NCBI GenBank assembly: GCA_002633005.1
Contig: NMRA01001054.1
Span: 1-39,528, forward strand
Length of the DNA: 39,528 nucleotides
Reading direction: 5' to 3'
Source of the DNA: Phoronis australis
Taxonomy: Eukaryota; Animalia; Phoronida
Shown here: piece by piece, positions 22,640 to 36,099 of the stretch
Layout of the letters: each line of letters begins with the position of its first letter
Position numbering within the stretch: the first letter of the stretch is position 1
The notes under the pieces: model-generated
Database searches by the model: none
The model's input: only the letters and a program-made list of their open reading frames with translations
What the model was told of the DNA's origin: nothing
Made by a program: the position numbers and the translations under genes

Positions 22640-23373
22640 TGCTTCACCTCTGTGTTTGGGGGGGCATACCAGTGACACACTTGTCAGCAAAGTCCAAGTA
22701 ATCCAAAATAGAGCCACTAGGGCTATCCTGGGTACTAGAATTAGGGACACTAGGGTTGATGACTTGTATTCTAAGCTGGGATTTATGAAAGTAAAACAAA
22801 GAAATAAATATCTCTCTGCCTGTTGTATGTACAGATGTATCAATGGCTTGGCTCCAGCATATCTCAGCAGTAAATTCAATAGCAGTAAGGCTGTATATTC
22901 TACACGCTCTTCTGTTGCTGGAAATGTTTCTTCTAAAAAAATAAAACTGAGACGGGCAAGAGATCTTTTATCTATGCAGCTGTTATAATATGGAATTCTC
23001 TTAGCCCAGAAATTAAACGGTCCAATTCATTTACTACTTTCAAAGCAAATATTAAATGTGGCTGTAATTTACCTAACCTTTTTATACCCTGCCTGTCTTA
23101 ATCATGTCATTTTTTCATTGTCGTAAATACTCTCACTGTCTAGAGTCATCTCTTTATTCATTTCGTCTGTCTTGGTTAAATTTTTACCATTCTTCGTCAT
23201 TTATTTATTGTCTTAATTCTCAACCTGTTTTAATTGTATCTGTGTTACGTATGTTTCATTGTTGTTTAATGACTTCATTGTATTATATTATTACTGTTTT
23301 TTTTGTTGAGGGCCCTCTTTGAAAGCAGTGCTATCACTGAAGAGGCCACTGACCCTCATTTTAAATATCATTA

Positions 23374-23404
<31 letters not shown>

Positions 23405-23405
23405 A
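22640..23405 (+). mobile_element. 3' fragment of a second LINE family (L2/CR1-group-like) with a (TAAA)n tail, nested in the THAP element
   Basis: The ORF2 C-terminus reads WGG...KVQVIQNRATRAILG...MYRCINGLAPAYLS, followed by a T-rich 3' UTR and (TAAA)n at 23374-23405. Confidence 0.85.
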
Positions 23406-23968
23406 AAATAGAGAGTGACAAGGTTGGTCAGATTTTCTTGTTGTATTGGTGTATGTGTTACCTATTTTGTACGTTTATGGAGATTGTGATTAATTTAAGC
23501 CCCATTTGTGGCTAGGTAACAGATATAATCTTGTGGTCTGGCTTTAACTGACCTGAAATATTTACTGTTATTGATAATAAGAACAGTGGGTTTATAAAAT
23601 AAAATTTTGGTTTTATAATCCAAGTCTTTTTATTCAGTTTTGTATGAAGCTATGTGGGTAGTGAATATTTTGATTGCTGTTCAGTACCTCTTAATTTTTT
23701 GTCATGACATTTTGAGCTTGGACTAGTTATGAGTGATGACATACTCAATGTTACTACGTTTTTTTAAGTTGTGAGCTATTCTGCAGATTAGGAGCTGACT
23801 TGTAACTGTTGGTGATTATAGTGGGGAATGGGATCGAGTATACCCTATACTGACATGTCTAAGAAATAATGGAATGTTTTAAAATTATATGACGATTTTG
23901 TGGTAGTGATGATATGCCTTGCTTTCTTCTTCTTACTTGTGTAACACCCACCACACAACTGCCTGCAG

Positions 23969-24195
23969 CATGCGCCCACCCAGCCTTTCAATTTGGGGGG
24001 CTCGAATTCCCGGCGTTGTGGACCTTTTGCTAATATAAGAGCGGGAGCACCACTGTGAATTGCGCGTTTAGCTTGTTTAGTGAACTTTTGTCCCATTTTC
24101 TCCTACTTTTTGTCTCTCTGGGGCGGACCTTTTTGCCCACTTCGCCAAAGGGGGGGCTCGTTCGAGCCCTCCGAGCCCCCCTGGGTGCGCGCATG
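23969..24195. mobile_element. MITE nested in the THAP element
   Basis: Termini CATGCGCCCACCCAG and CTGGGTGCGCGCATG (15 bp, 1 mismatch), with internal GGGGGGCTCG motifs. No exact TSD seen. Confidence 0.65.
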
Positions 24196-25339
24196 TGCAT
24201 TGCTAGTATCCTGGTGCATTGAATAGGAGCACATGCAGAATTTCTTGGTGGAGATGAAAACAGCTGTGAGCTGGGAGCAACATGTTTGTCAATTGTCAGG
24301 GGGGCAACCAAAATTTATGACGATGGGAGGGACTCAAGACCCATGTGGCATACCCCATTGGTTTTTACTTGTTTAGCACTCCTCCCATGTAACCCCCCCC
24401 CCTGGGAGGAGGTCAATACCCATTTGGCGCCCACCAACCCTCAGGAGCAATCATTCAAATTATGTAGTCCATGGAGGTATGAACTGTTATAAGGAACGAT
24501 AATTTGCCTTGTTAAGAACTCAAACATGAAACAAAACCAGGATTTTGAAGTAAGCTTCAAGAGAATAAAAACAAAATACACTTATACATGTATATTGATA
24601 AAAATACACATTTTCGTTCTCATTTGATTATAAGTGAATGTTAGTTAACGTATTCTACCCATTTTCAATCACAAATTAATGCTATTGCACGTTGAACGTC
24701 ATTAAAGTATGAATTTTTCAGTGTTTACATTGTTCGGACAGCGCTCCTAAGTAAGTGTTGATTATTCACCGCTTGGGGCGCTAGTGTTTCGACCGGTTAC
24801 CATTGCAGCGAATGGCAAAATGGCGTAGTGAACTCTCCTACTCTGCTACACTCCTTGGTTGTATATGGAAAGAATAATCCGCGTGATATTGTTAACACTG
24901 AAAAGCGTCTGTAAATCACCGAGTATATACGTACAGTCGTTTATCTTTAATCGTACCCAATGTCTGTAGTTTTTAGCTTAATAGTTCATCGATTTTTAAA
25001 AATCGGTAACCAAACTTGGTGTTTTTTTCCATCTGAATACAGCTGTGGTATTTGTTTATAACTAAAACTGTTGGTTAATATATTTTGAAAATTTGCCAGT
25101 ATGTAGCCTACAGGTTATAATCGGGTAATTACACTTAATTGCGTCTTGCTCGCACCAGACAATGCGGTCATCGCAACCAAGTCCGACTCTGGCGCCGCGC
25201 CTCTTTGATCCCGGTAAAAGCCGCTCCGAAGGACGAGCGGTTAAAAGTCACGCATTTCTTTACAAATGCGTGACATTCGTGTAAGCGTATTATTCACCGC
25301 ATGCACCATTTGGCTACAAAAACAAAAAAAATTGTCTTA

Positions 25340-25454
25340 CATGGGATGGGGGAAGTCCCCTCCCGACCTCCCCCCGCTCGGGGCCACACGCCTCGGATTC
25401 GACCTTTGCGGGAACCCTAAGCCCCCCTTTACTGAAAACGTAGATCCGCCACTG
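25340..25454 (-). mobile_element. Terminus of a CAGTGGCGGATCTA-type non-autonomous element (related terminus at 38997)
   Basis: TAGATCCGCCACTG at 25441-25454 is the reverse complement of CAGTGGCGGATCTA at 38997-39010. Both have G/C runs internally. Confidence 0.5.
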
Positions 25455-27520
25455 AGCAGCACGTCCCTGTCACTATAAATCAAGACTGCGTGTATAACCT
25501 CATGGGTGTATAAGCTGAAAAATCAATATACAATGCTGAGGATCGCCCATAACTTGAAACGCTCTCAAACAGGGATTCATGGCCTCACGTACATGTACAT
25601 GTAAGCTACGGACGCAATTAGTTTCCTAAACTTCCGTTGTGAAAAAAATTGCTTGTAATCACAGCACATACATAAACTGTTGCACAAAGGCGAGTCACAC
25701 TTTTGTTCTGAACTTCTTAGCTAATGATTTATGTCGTAACACGTGACCAGTTTTCTATGACTGCGTGACTTTAAAACTCGCTGGTTCCCTGCGTGACACC
25801 AGGTTGTAGCCAGCACGCAGGTAGTAGCATGCGCTTTATCATTGGTTGATGTAACCTCGGTAATCATTGGTTAGCTTTACAACAAAGTGAGAAAATGGCG
25901 GACTATGAACGATTTTTAGCCTTTTCATGCAAGTGGGGTACCAGCAACTATTTCGTTTCTGCACTGATGTTTAATAGCCGCGTGCTTAAAACACATACAT
26001 GTACAATAAACACGCCGTCATCTGGCCGATTTAACTAGTGTGTTATTCATACTGTATGAATACAGGACAGCAACGTAAACAAAGGTCAGCAACAGTAGAA
26101 AGATGCACTCCGAAAAGGCGCAACCACAATTTTCTTTGATTCACATTTCTTGAACACGAACTTTAAGCACCGATTTGTCTGTACAACAGACCACATTTAC
26201 ACTTCTTCCATCAATCATGCCAGTTTGTTTACAGCAAGCGCTGCCTGTTGATAATTCGACCAGCCAATCGCAAGAAACTAGGCCTACGGAACACAGGTGT
26301 GGTCTACGCTCGACTCCGTTTGACACTTACTGTACAGTATGCCTCGCTGATCATGACGATTTCAGCTTGCATCAAGCGACTTTTATTTTTGAAAGTATAT
26401 GCAACTAAAAATATGTTTGCATATTATTGAAGAATAAAATTATGAAAAAAATATGTTTGGTCATTGCATCAATTATCAAAAATTTGAAAACACTGAGAAC
26501 AAACATGCTATCTTCGTTGTCCTGGCCGACTTTATTTCTGCTAATTGCCAAATATTTTTATTCAAGAAATTTGTGTTAAAGCAACCAGAAATAGGTGACT
26601 GTGTTAAATTGTTCAGTTTTTGCTCACTACATGTACTTAGTGTTAGGGCACATTTGAGATTCAGTGTAGACAGTAGGTGCTTAGCAGGTATCATGGAGAC
26701 TATGGTTATGCATAGTTGATGATATTCAATGCATTTTGATTTATAAAACGTTTACCCAAGCGCACATGCAATATAAGTAAGCTAGTTGACGCATGACGCC
26801 CGCGAAGGGAAATGGCGACTAGTAATATGGAACACCCTCTGTTGGAGAGTTGAACACCAGAGTCGCAGAAAACTTTGGAGTTTTTGGGACCTGGGGACAA
26901 AGTGAAAGAACATGGCTTACCCTTGGGGTTGATAACTTTACTATGTATTTTGCTAAATGATAACTATAAATGTATGGAATTCACAGTAACTCAGGGTAAG
27001 TATAATTTTTTGAAATTATAAAGAGAAGCTGGGATATTGGACGTGTTCAACCCTGTCTTTGTAGTAAAGTAAGAAAAATACCCGAAATAAAACAACAAAA
27101 TCCGTCGTAATCTTGTGATTTTGCCACAAATCGCCAATTGTCATCGGTTGTCTGCCTGAAGGTCGATGAAAGATGAAATCAAAGCCGGCGATGACTTTTC
27201 CAGCTTTATAATCAAGAATCCTTGTTTGTTTATCGCAGAGGACAGCTAAATAACACTATCAACACCGCACTTGAGGCGGACTTTGTGACAAGGCGGCTGA
27301 ATGGGCATGCAATAAATAACCATCGGTTTTTTTAATGCACTCCCAAATGAAACATAGCAGGCTCTCAGGAAAAAATGAGTTTGTGACAATCATGAATCTG
27401 TGGGTATGGCATAACTCCAACTTTTTGCCAATCTAGTGGCGATCTTTCACAAAAATAATGGTTTTGAGTAACCTTGCTCTCGCGTCCTCTTACGTGGGGA
27501 ACGCACGTGAAATGGTTTCT

Positions 27521-27625
27521 TTAAAGTCCTTCTTGCAAACTGCCCATGTGGTTCCAGTATCCGAAAATACTTACTACATAAATTCTTATTTTCGACACCC
27601 TTTCTTTATATTCTTTTCGCCTTTC
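27521..27625 (+). repeat. 105-bp dispersed direct repeat, second copy at 39424-39528 (window edge)
   Basis: TTAAAGTCCTTCTTGCAAACTGCCC...TTCGCCTTTC; about 4 substitutions between copies. Confidence 0.95.
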
Positions 27626-30600
27626 TTGCCAAAAGCGATTTTTTAACAGTATTTGACCCTTCTCTCTGAGCGTATGATTACCGGTTGTCATCGGTTATTT
27701 CTGTACCCACATTTCCGGCTCATCAGTTCAGGAACTTGTCCTGAACGCCGCCATTTTTTCCTTGTAACTGAATGTGCTATGTCTTGCTCGAAAAGTCTTC
27801 ATTATTTTGTTTTATTAGTGATTTATCGTGATTCGTTTGCATATGTAGTGTATTTATAGTTAGTAGTTAGTGGTCGTTGATTTTTTTTGGAATGTTACGC
27901 GTACTTAGTATGTTAAAATAACATTGGTGTTTAGTTCCTTACGTAGGCGGGTCGAACGTAGGAACCAATATGGGTCCAACCTATTTTTTTCGGTTTTATT
28001 TTTTCCTCGTTTTGAAAAAGTACTTTGCTATCATCGGAAAGATAGTACATTCTACTCAGTAAAAATCGAAAAAGTATCAAAATCGGGGCAAGCACTGTAA
28101 AGTTATTGCAAGTTTTGTGGCGAAATTTGGGTCACTTTGTTTGGATCGCGTCGGCCATATTGGAGGACAGCGGGATGAGTTACGAGTTTAAAACTTTGTG
28201 TAAATTGTTTTCGCCAACAAATTACGGTGAAATTTTGTTAGACATATCTTTACTTAACATTGTGACCGATTTAGCAGTGTTCACCAAATTTCACCCTCGC
28301 AGTTGTTACTCATTAAGTGATAAATGTGCTCACAATTCCCGTTGGACTTCGTCTCATTTCTGGCGGCACCTACAATGTCGAATTTTGCTGAACTGAAAGA
28401 CGTGTTCAATCGGCTACTTTGTAATTTGTGAAGATTTAACGTTGACACATTTTGACAAACGTTGCTACAAAAAAGAAACTTTGTTCAATTTTCGTGTTTT
28501 TGTGTTTGTGGCCAGCGACCAGTTAGGCCTAAGGGTAGTCTTGGCGCAAAGCTGTATAGGCCTACAAGCTGTATTTTGACTATAGTCTTCACTGGTAGCT
28601 GGTGACTGAGGCTAACTAAGGTCTGCCGCGGCAGTGTGACACAGGACTCACCAGCCCGTAATTTCATGCAAGTGTCTGAAACTACCCTTGAATACACTGT
28701 ATATGCAGCATTTATCATTTGACCATTTTACTTCGACAAAACAGCTTGCAACCGCATGCATTTACCGTTCGCCAGTGTCTGGTCTCGATCCGCACCAGGT
28801 CCGATAGGCTGCGGTCCCGAGTCTGGCAAAACAATTTCTGTCAAAATTTATTCGCCACATTTCTTCAGCAAATTCCATAAAATTGTCCGTAGTTTGATTT
28901 TATCAAAATTAAGGCGCGTTGTCGATTTTTTATCCCCGTTTGCTGGCTGGTAACAGTACAGGCACTGCTCCAGTCGCACTGACGGCGTTTTCTCGGCCTG
29001 GGTTCCTGAATGAATTGTACTTCCGGGTTCGCGGTGTTTCTTCGGGTGCGAATCGTGAGTGGCGCGTTCATTTAAACTGTTTTCGAGTACGGATCGTGTA
29101 TTAGTTATGGGGTATGTACTTCTTGGATCCTTATAACATCTTCTAACCATGTATTAAGGGTTAACAACGCGTGAGAGAAGGACTTTAAACTAAGTATTTA
29201 CATATTCAAAATAGTGGGCAAAGCGTGAACTCGAAAACGCCGGCACTTTACAATGTATTCAAAAATTTATTGAGCACAGGAGTTTCGCAGGAAGGAATAC
29301 AAGTTTGTGGTAATCCTGAATATGTTAGTAATGACAGGATTCCAAATTCTTAACCGTCTACTGAAGATCTAATTAATTTAAAAAAATAATGGTCTTAAGT
29401 TCCCGTGCACGTACATAGGAAATGCACGCGAAATAGTTTGTTTAAGGCTCGATTTCGGATGTACATGTAGGCCCACATTGGTTTTGTCCTTTTTGGACAC
29501 CATTTTTTCAGTCATTAAGAAATTTCAGATATAAACAGTTATAAGTTAGTGTAATTCAATGTACTCTAGTTATAAAGCGCGCTGCTTGTTATAAACATAA
29601 GTAACAATTGTATTTTCAATAAAATGTGGTCCATGAAAAGCAGGTCTAGTTTGAAAGAAAACGGGTGAGTCTAAATGTACAAGCGTGTATGCGAAATTAA
29701 TGAATGTGCCTATGTATGGGTCATTACCTGGTCTTACATGTATGTACATGTTAAACGCAGGCGCTTGAGCCAATACGCAAACCACTTGGGTAAAGAGAGG
29801 CCGCAAAGATACATGTATCATTTCGGATATAGGACCACTGGTCGAAAGGCGCGGCAATACTGTATAATTGTGCACAATTTCCAGGCTTTAAATGCCATTT
29901 TTATGTTCATTGATTTTGTTATTTTTGTCATCAGACACTAAATTGCAATTCCGTTTAAAGGTGATGATCGGCTTTCCGATACGACGCCTCTTGACATATC
30001 ATGGAACTGTATGACATCATCGATATTTAGTGAAGTATCTACAATACTGTACGGGTTTAAGAGGCATGTAATTTCTGAGATAGCCAGTAAAATTTGATTT
30101 CTAACTATATCAATTTTGGGGTCACGTGACCATGTCGTGTTAGTATTTTTTACAAAAGAGGAAGGAACGTTGATACATGGTGCCAAATTACATTATTAAC
30201 AACATGACCAAATTTTTATTAAAGCAAATGATCAAAATGATCTCTCAAAAACGTGGGAAGAGTTTTTTAAACCTCATAGTCGTATTTGTTTTGGGCAACT
30301 TTTGAGGTTTTCATGAAAATCATCAAGAACCAATTATTTGATAGTCCCTCATACACAAGTGGAACTTCTGAAAAATAATTAGTAACAATATAAACAGCAC
30401 GGTATCTGAATATTTCACATCTATCTCTAGGATACGGTTGTCCGGAAGTGGCTAAGTCTGGACGTTTTCAAAGCCATCCTACAAAACTTAACGCCACTCA
30501 CAGGCGCGATATATGGATTAAGTCAGAAGTGTAGGGCCTCAAATCAATTTTTGCCTCGGCCCCTAAAGGTTTAGGGCCGGCCCTGGGTACCAGTAGGCGG

Positions 30601-31104
30601 GGGGAGGGTGGTTGGTCGACTTCTGCGTAAATGTGTCTCGTAATTCGCTCTCAAATCGTAGATACACCGTTATGGTGCACGGTGTTTAGCCGTCAAACCA
30701 TTCTTCAAAAACTTCAACAAAGCGAATGTTAACCCTGTACATTCCGTAGAAGGAATTAAATTTTGGTTGAGCCCACTGATTGACGTATGACCTTTGACAT
30801 AAACTTGTTCGTTACTCAGATGAGAGGTGTCTGTTGGGTTTGGAAATACCGACAATTCTTTAAGGCTCGGCGCTCAAAATAAAATGTCGTAGCATTAGCC
30901 AACTTTTCAAACACTTAACTTGGTCTAAAGCAATAAGGAATTGTCAACGCCCAGAAGCCACCTCTGAATTGACTAAGGAGGACTATTGAGAGCAATTTCT
31001 AGACGGCGAATGATATGGAATCAGATTTTCTCAAAGTCATGTAAGTTTCTTGTCATAATCGCAAAAAAATGACAAAATGACATTTTTACATACGCGCCAG
31101 TTTG

Positions 31105-31246
31105 GTGAGCAGTTACTAGACAGACACTCGGTTCATTGTGAGCGGTTAGCTAGTCAGACACTCTGCTCATTCTGAGCAGTTAGCTAGTCAGACACTCGGC
31201 TCATTGTGAGCAGTTAGCTAGTCAGACACTCAGCTCATTGTGAGCA
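31105..31246 (+). repeat. Minisatellite, 34-bp unit x about 4
   Basis: GTGAGCAGTTAGCTAGTCAGACACTCGGCTCATT repeated head to tail with no spacers. Confidence 0.95.
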
Positions 31247-33230
31247 TTTCAACCCATTCTACAAAAGATTAATTCATTCACGAAAAATAATTCAATGTTC
31301 TTGTTGGAGGATCTGATGCCAACGCCATCCCAAGCATTCAGTGTTCTATTGTCCAACAGTTCACTGCTACAGTCTCGTTTTGAACAGGAGGTAATCGAAA
31401 ATCAAAATTCGCAGCCACTGATATTCATACAGTTAGCGAGAAATGCAGCGATAAAGAGACAAATGAAAGTGGATTTAACAGATCTTTATTTTACCTTGGT
31501 CGTCAGCACGTTCATTTAAATGTGCAAATTTCAAACGTTTAAATGCTGTAGTCCAATCAGTCTGAAAATCAAGAGTGAAACGTTAATCCTGTAATAACAG
31601 ACGTGATATCATCGAGCACAAAATGAAAGACACTTGTGTTGAGTACAGACTGAGACAGAGTCTAGAATTTTCATGTAGTTCAAGTTTGAAGAATGGATTT
31701 CCGACAAGAATGTGGACACGTTCCGATACGAACAAAGTCCTAAATCACAACTTTTGTAACTTCCAGCAAAATAATTTTCATGAAGTTACGTAGCCGTCTG
31801 GCTCCTTCTATTGGGACTGACTGGGTCAAGCACAAAATTCGTCACCCTCTGTTGATTGTCACAGACAAAAACTGCAAGAACCCCTCTTGAATGAAGGAGA
31901 GGTCAGATTAAGTTATCTGGCTGGTGGCCCAGGGCCTTGTAGCTGGTGTAGTCTATGAATACCAGACGAGAGTGACGAAATCGTCACCAGTCAGTCAGTC
32001 ACCAATGCCTAGCGGTAGGAGGGAGGTCGCTCTGTCTAAAACGTCAGGATAATAATTTCGCAGAAAGTTCCAGACGATTCATAATTTTTTCATCTAGTTC
32101 TTCAACTGAATGAGTTCACAGTAACTCCGCCATGTGGGGTTTAAAATGATATTTCAGATATACTGTAGAATAATAACTACAAGATAAATTATTCACAATT
32201 CCTGGACACAGGGGGTCTAATTTCCAAATTCAGCCTCGTCTCACACATGGACTCTGAATTTAGTCAATCATCTAATTTCCCTAAAATGTTTGCGTACTTC
32301 TGTCGTTCATAGCTCACATGTGTGATCGTTTTCTATCATCTTATCTTTGTTAAGAGCTCCTTTTGGTTGACGGCAAACTCTAGTAAAATAACTAAAAACT
32401 GAGTCTTTAGTTCAATAGAGACTTAGTCCAAAATTAGGGTCGGTGCCTTAACAGCTCACAGACTGCTTATGTTCTCGATTTAACTTAGTAACAAATCCAC
32501 AGCGGATAATCAGTGTAATCATATATCTACAGTAAATTTAGGGAGCTTAGTTGAGTCTCTACTTGGGTCAGTTGCATTGAGACAAGTGGGCAGTGGTTCC
32601 AAATTATCTTTCATCAACATCTTGCCGACGCCGCCTTGCTGTTAGTCCGGGAGCCAGTGGGCTGAACCTGGATTTGTCGGATTACTTTTTTTCTTTGCAG
32701 TTTCATGTAGCCCAGGGTTAAGAGACCATGATTTAGGGGAGTGACCGTTCGTAATTCTCGAGGATTATGCAAATTAAGGTCGTCACTATAAAAAATTCGA
32801 TTATTGCTCATAATTTCCTTACCAAGCACTATTATTTTGACGTTTTCACCCATCCTTTCATGGTCACCAAATTTAGTAGAGCAAGTTTTTTTGGTGGATT
32901 CATCTCCAGTTTGCATGATTTATGCAAATATAGGCGGCCATTATTAGAACTTCTGTTTCTGCTCGTAACTTTCTTACGGGGGTACTACACTGTACATGAA
33001 GAATATTCTGGTATTGAACTGGTGAATTGAATGAAATGTCATTACATCATAAATTTAAATAATCTGTAATTTATTTCACCCATTACAAATTTTAGTTTTG
33101 TCCGATACCCAGAGTAGATGTAGTAAATGATCAAATTATTTAATTGCATGAACCCAGGACAATAACCTATCGAATAGGGCATAATCAGAAGATGCTTCAA
33201 ATGCCAATTCGAAACTCAGACGTGAGCACA

Positions 33231-34050
33231 CTAATATATAACATACCCAAAATATAATGCAGGTAGGTTGCTGCAACTGTATCTACTTGAATTACATGGA
33301 CTCTGACCTTTGTCACACCTAATCATCTCCAGTACAATATGCTGGACCCCATCCGGAATTGTATATGGTGAGAGCAATTGGCTTATGGCATCTTTCTTCC
33401 ATCCACAGTCCTCTAGGTCTAGTGCTGGTGGCACACCGTCACATGACTGGCTGGTAACGGGCTCTGTTTACATTCTCTGTGAGTGCCTGTGTTGTCAGTG
33501 ACAGAGTACACAGTTTAAGGCCGGACATATGTGTATATCCCTTGCCGTTTTTCTTCCCCAAACTAGTAGTCTTGTTCCTGACATCTTCGTGATTCTCTTC
33601 ATTCCATAACTGTTAACAGGCCCACATGCATTTAGTGGCATGTACTATAACATCAGAAAAAATGCGCATTAATAGTGCCGATGGTAGACAGGTCATTTCC
33701 AGCCTTCGATAGTTTAACGATGGATCCCTTTCCAACTCCATAGTAGCATGCCACCGTGGTACACCCCTACAGCGCATGGGCAGGGCTGAGACATCCACAA
33801 TGTCACTACGTGTTTTCACTTAATGTACCCTTCTACGCTTACTAGATGATTGGGGATATTTGAAGCTATTCGTTATCATAATAACGCACACAAAGCACAA
33901 ATACATGTACACATGTGTCGTCCGAAACAACCGAAAAGTTTCTAACTTCACATGTACATTTCACGACCTGCTGCACAATAATGGAGCCGTCTTCTTCCTG
34001 GGACGTCTCCAGATGATAAGTACTACTAATGCCCTTGTACAAGATTAAGG
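33231..34050 (-). pseudogene. Academ-like DNA transposon ORF remnant (XPG/PIN-like nuclease region plus C-terminal Cys cluster)
   Basis: Across stops and frameshifts, in order: LETSQEEDGSIIVQQV (EEAD-like), VVSDDT..VFVL (DTDV-like), PAHAL*GC-TVACYYGVGKG (H3TH-like), MSGTRLLVWGRKT, KLCTLSLTTQALTENVNRARYQ, PPALDLEDCGW...VLEMIRC.KG..PCNSSR.SC. Confidence 0.8.
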
Positions 34051-36099
34051 GACGGGGTTATTCTTCACTTGCTTGTGTTCCTTTCGTACTGCTAGCCTTT
34101 CTCGAACTCTGATAACATCCAATACTTATTGTTTCGTGTACATTAACTGTTGTGTAGCATTTCTGTCACTACTAATGTCCAACACTGCGTCTTTGGGATG
34201 GACCTTATTGACATGCAGTAGGTCGATGCCGGTATCTACTTCTTGACAGATTCGTGCAATATTTTGGTCATATGCTTCAAGATGTGCCTTATTTTCTTCT
34301 GTGTGGTAGGTTTAAATGCAAGATTCAACGTTATCGCCCTCCATCTGTTCAAGAGCTGTTTCAGTCTTGTAGGACAAATGCAACTTTTGCCAGAGCTTAA
34401 GTAGCAATTTCTGATGGAACTTTTGGAATCCAAAAAAATCTAAACTTAAATAACCCGTCACAGATTTTGCTGAAATGTTACCAGTGAATTCATATTCACC
34501 TCAAACGACACCAACCACCGTAAAACACTCAATGACCTCTCCGTCTATTTTATACACCCCCTAATTTTTTACTTGAAACATGTAAACATTTCAGCATCAA
34601 AATGACCTATATTGGTAACAAGATGAACTCGTATAGATTAAGGACTGATATTCGATACTGTGTACGGATGTATACTATTTTTACCACACTCCAAAAATAT
34701 AACTTTCAAGGAAATGAAATTACCCTCCTTCGTGTGGACAATCGTTTTTTCATACCACGCAATTTAAGAAACCAAAGCCAAACTAAGTTATTGGTAAGAA
34801 TATAGCAAGCTGTAACATAATGGCCCTTGGAACTTGTAGACGATGAACAAAAGTTACAACAACAAAGGTCAAAAGTCCAGGTTTCTTTTGATTTCTTGCA
34901 TGGAAATTTCAACTGAAAGTAGGCACTTTTGGATGACAAGTGTCGAGTACTTTTTGTAGTTGCTCAGTAATACAAAACAAAAACAAACCAATGCCTGAAA
35001 GTTTTCAGTTGGCATTAGAAACATTATTTAGCGTGCACAATATTCCTGTTTACGGTTTCTCTGCTCTCAGACGAGTTGGTTGTATCAGAGATTCCATCAG
35101 ATGCTAAGTGCAGAGGGCAAGTTCAGCAAGTGGCAACGTGTGGCGGTGCAGTAGTAGAACTTCCTGTACTTAATATGACTGATGAAGTGTGCAGTTTTAG
35201 AAGGTATTCCTCGCGAAAATGCTCGCATGAAGAGTTCTTTATCAAAGTGGGAAGCTGCACAAGAAGTACAGAACAGCATTTACGATCTACTTTTAATGTG
35301 AGTGAGCCAGATTTTTAAAATGAACTCGTCCTGGCGACAGTAGGCGTGTTTTGTGTATTTCTCCATGCACAATCGTTCACTTCCTTGGGTGAAATAAATA
35401 CTTCCTTAGGCATTGACAGACATACGTGTGATCTGGTGAGGGTAAGTGCACTTGACGTCATTGCAAGGCAGCGGGTGTCTGCCGCGAATGGATTTGGAAC
35501 ATCGGCACTTCAATCGGCTTCTTATGAAGAACTGGTGTCGGGTGCACTCCTGCAGTCGTTGCTAAAGATATAACTTTAGCAAAGAATGGCCAGCAAAAAG
35601 TTTTTAAATACGATGACTAAAAACGGTTTATGCAATGAGGATTTCTTCCTTGTGGCCGCTCAAGCAGACATTGCCAACAGTTCCTTAAGTAGGCTAAAAC
35701 GTATTGTAGCTGAAGTAATTGCAAAACTCTTAAAAAAGTCACAAATACGAGACAATTTCATGACCCATATCCAAGCCTGTTGAAATGCAATAAATATTTA
35801 TTTTCTACTTAAGTGCTACACTCTGATATAGTGTATTTTAGGGACTGATCTGAGTGAAGTTATGTTAATCACGCAGACCTGGCTGTATGAGTATTCTCGT
35901 ATTTTGTAATTCGTTGAGTTACTAGAGTCGCCCCCCGGAACCTCCATAATCATCACCACTTGAATTTATGTTCCATACCCGTCGTGCTATTGCTCCATCA
36001 CCACCAATTTGATGTGAATGCTGCCACCAGACTAGAAAAAAAAGTTTACAGAAAGGGAAATAATGCTCCCGGCCACCGTCCCCCCTTCTTCGGCTTCTG

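Larger units (their letters stand above)
21334..24857 (+). mobile_element. Non-autonomous P-superfamily-like (THAP) DNA transposon with 31-bp TIRs and a 7-bp TSD
   Basis: TIR CAAGGAGTGTAG(T/C)AGAGTAGGAGAGTTCACT at 21334-21364 and inverted at 24827-24857 (1 mismatch). GTTGTAT is duplicated at 21327-21333 and 24858-24864. A THAP pseudogene starts about 110 bp inside the left end. Confidence 0.88.

Noticed and set aside
26812-26995. ATG-to-GTAAGT first-exon-like segment with one in-frame TGA (possible selenoprotein)
   Set aside because: No redox motif, SECIS element or downstream exon was identified; more likely decayed or chance.
31105-31246. 34-bp repeats resembling a CRISPR array
   Set aside because: Units are directly adjacent with no unique spacers, there are no cas genes, and the context is eukaryotic.
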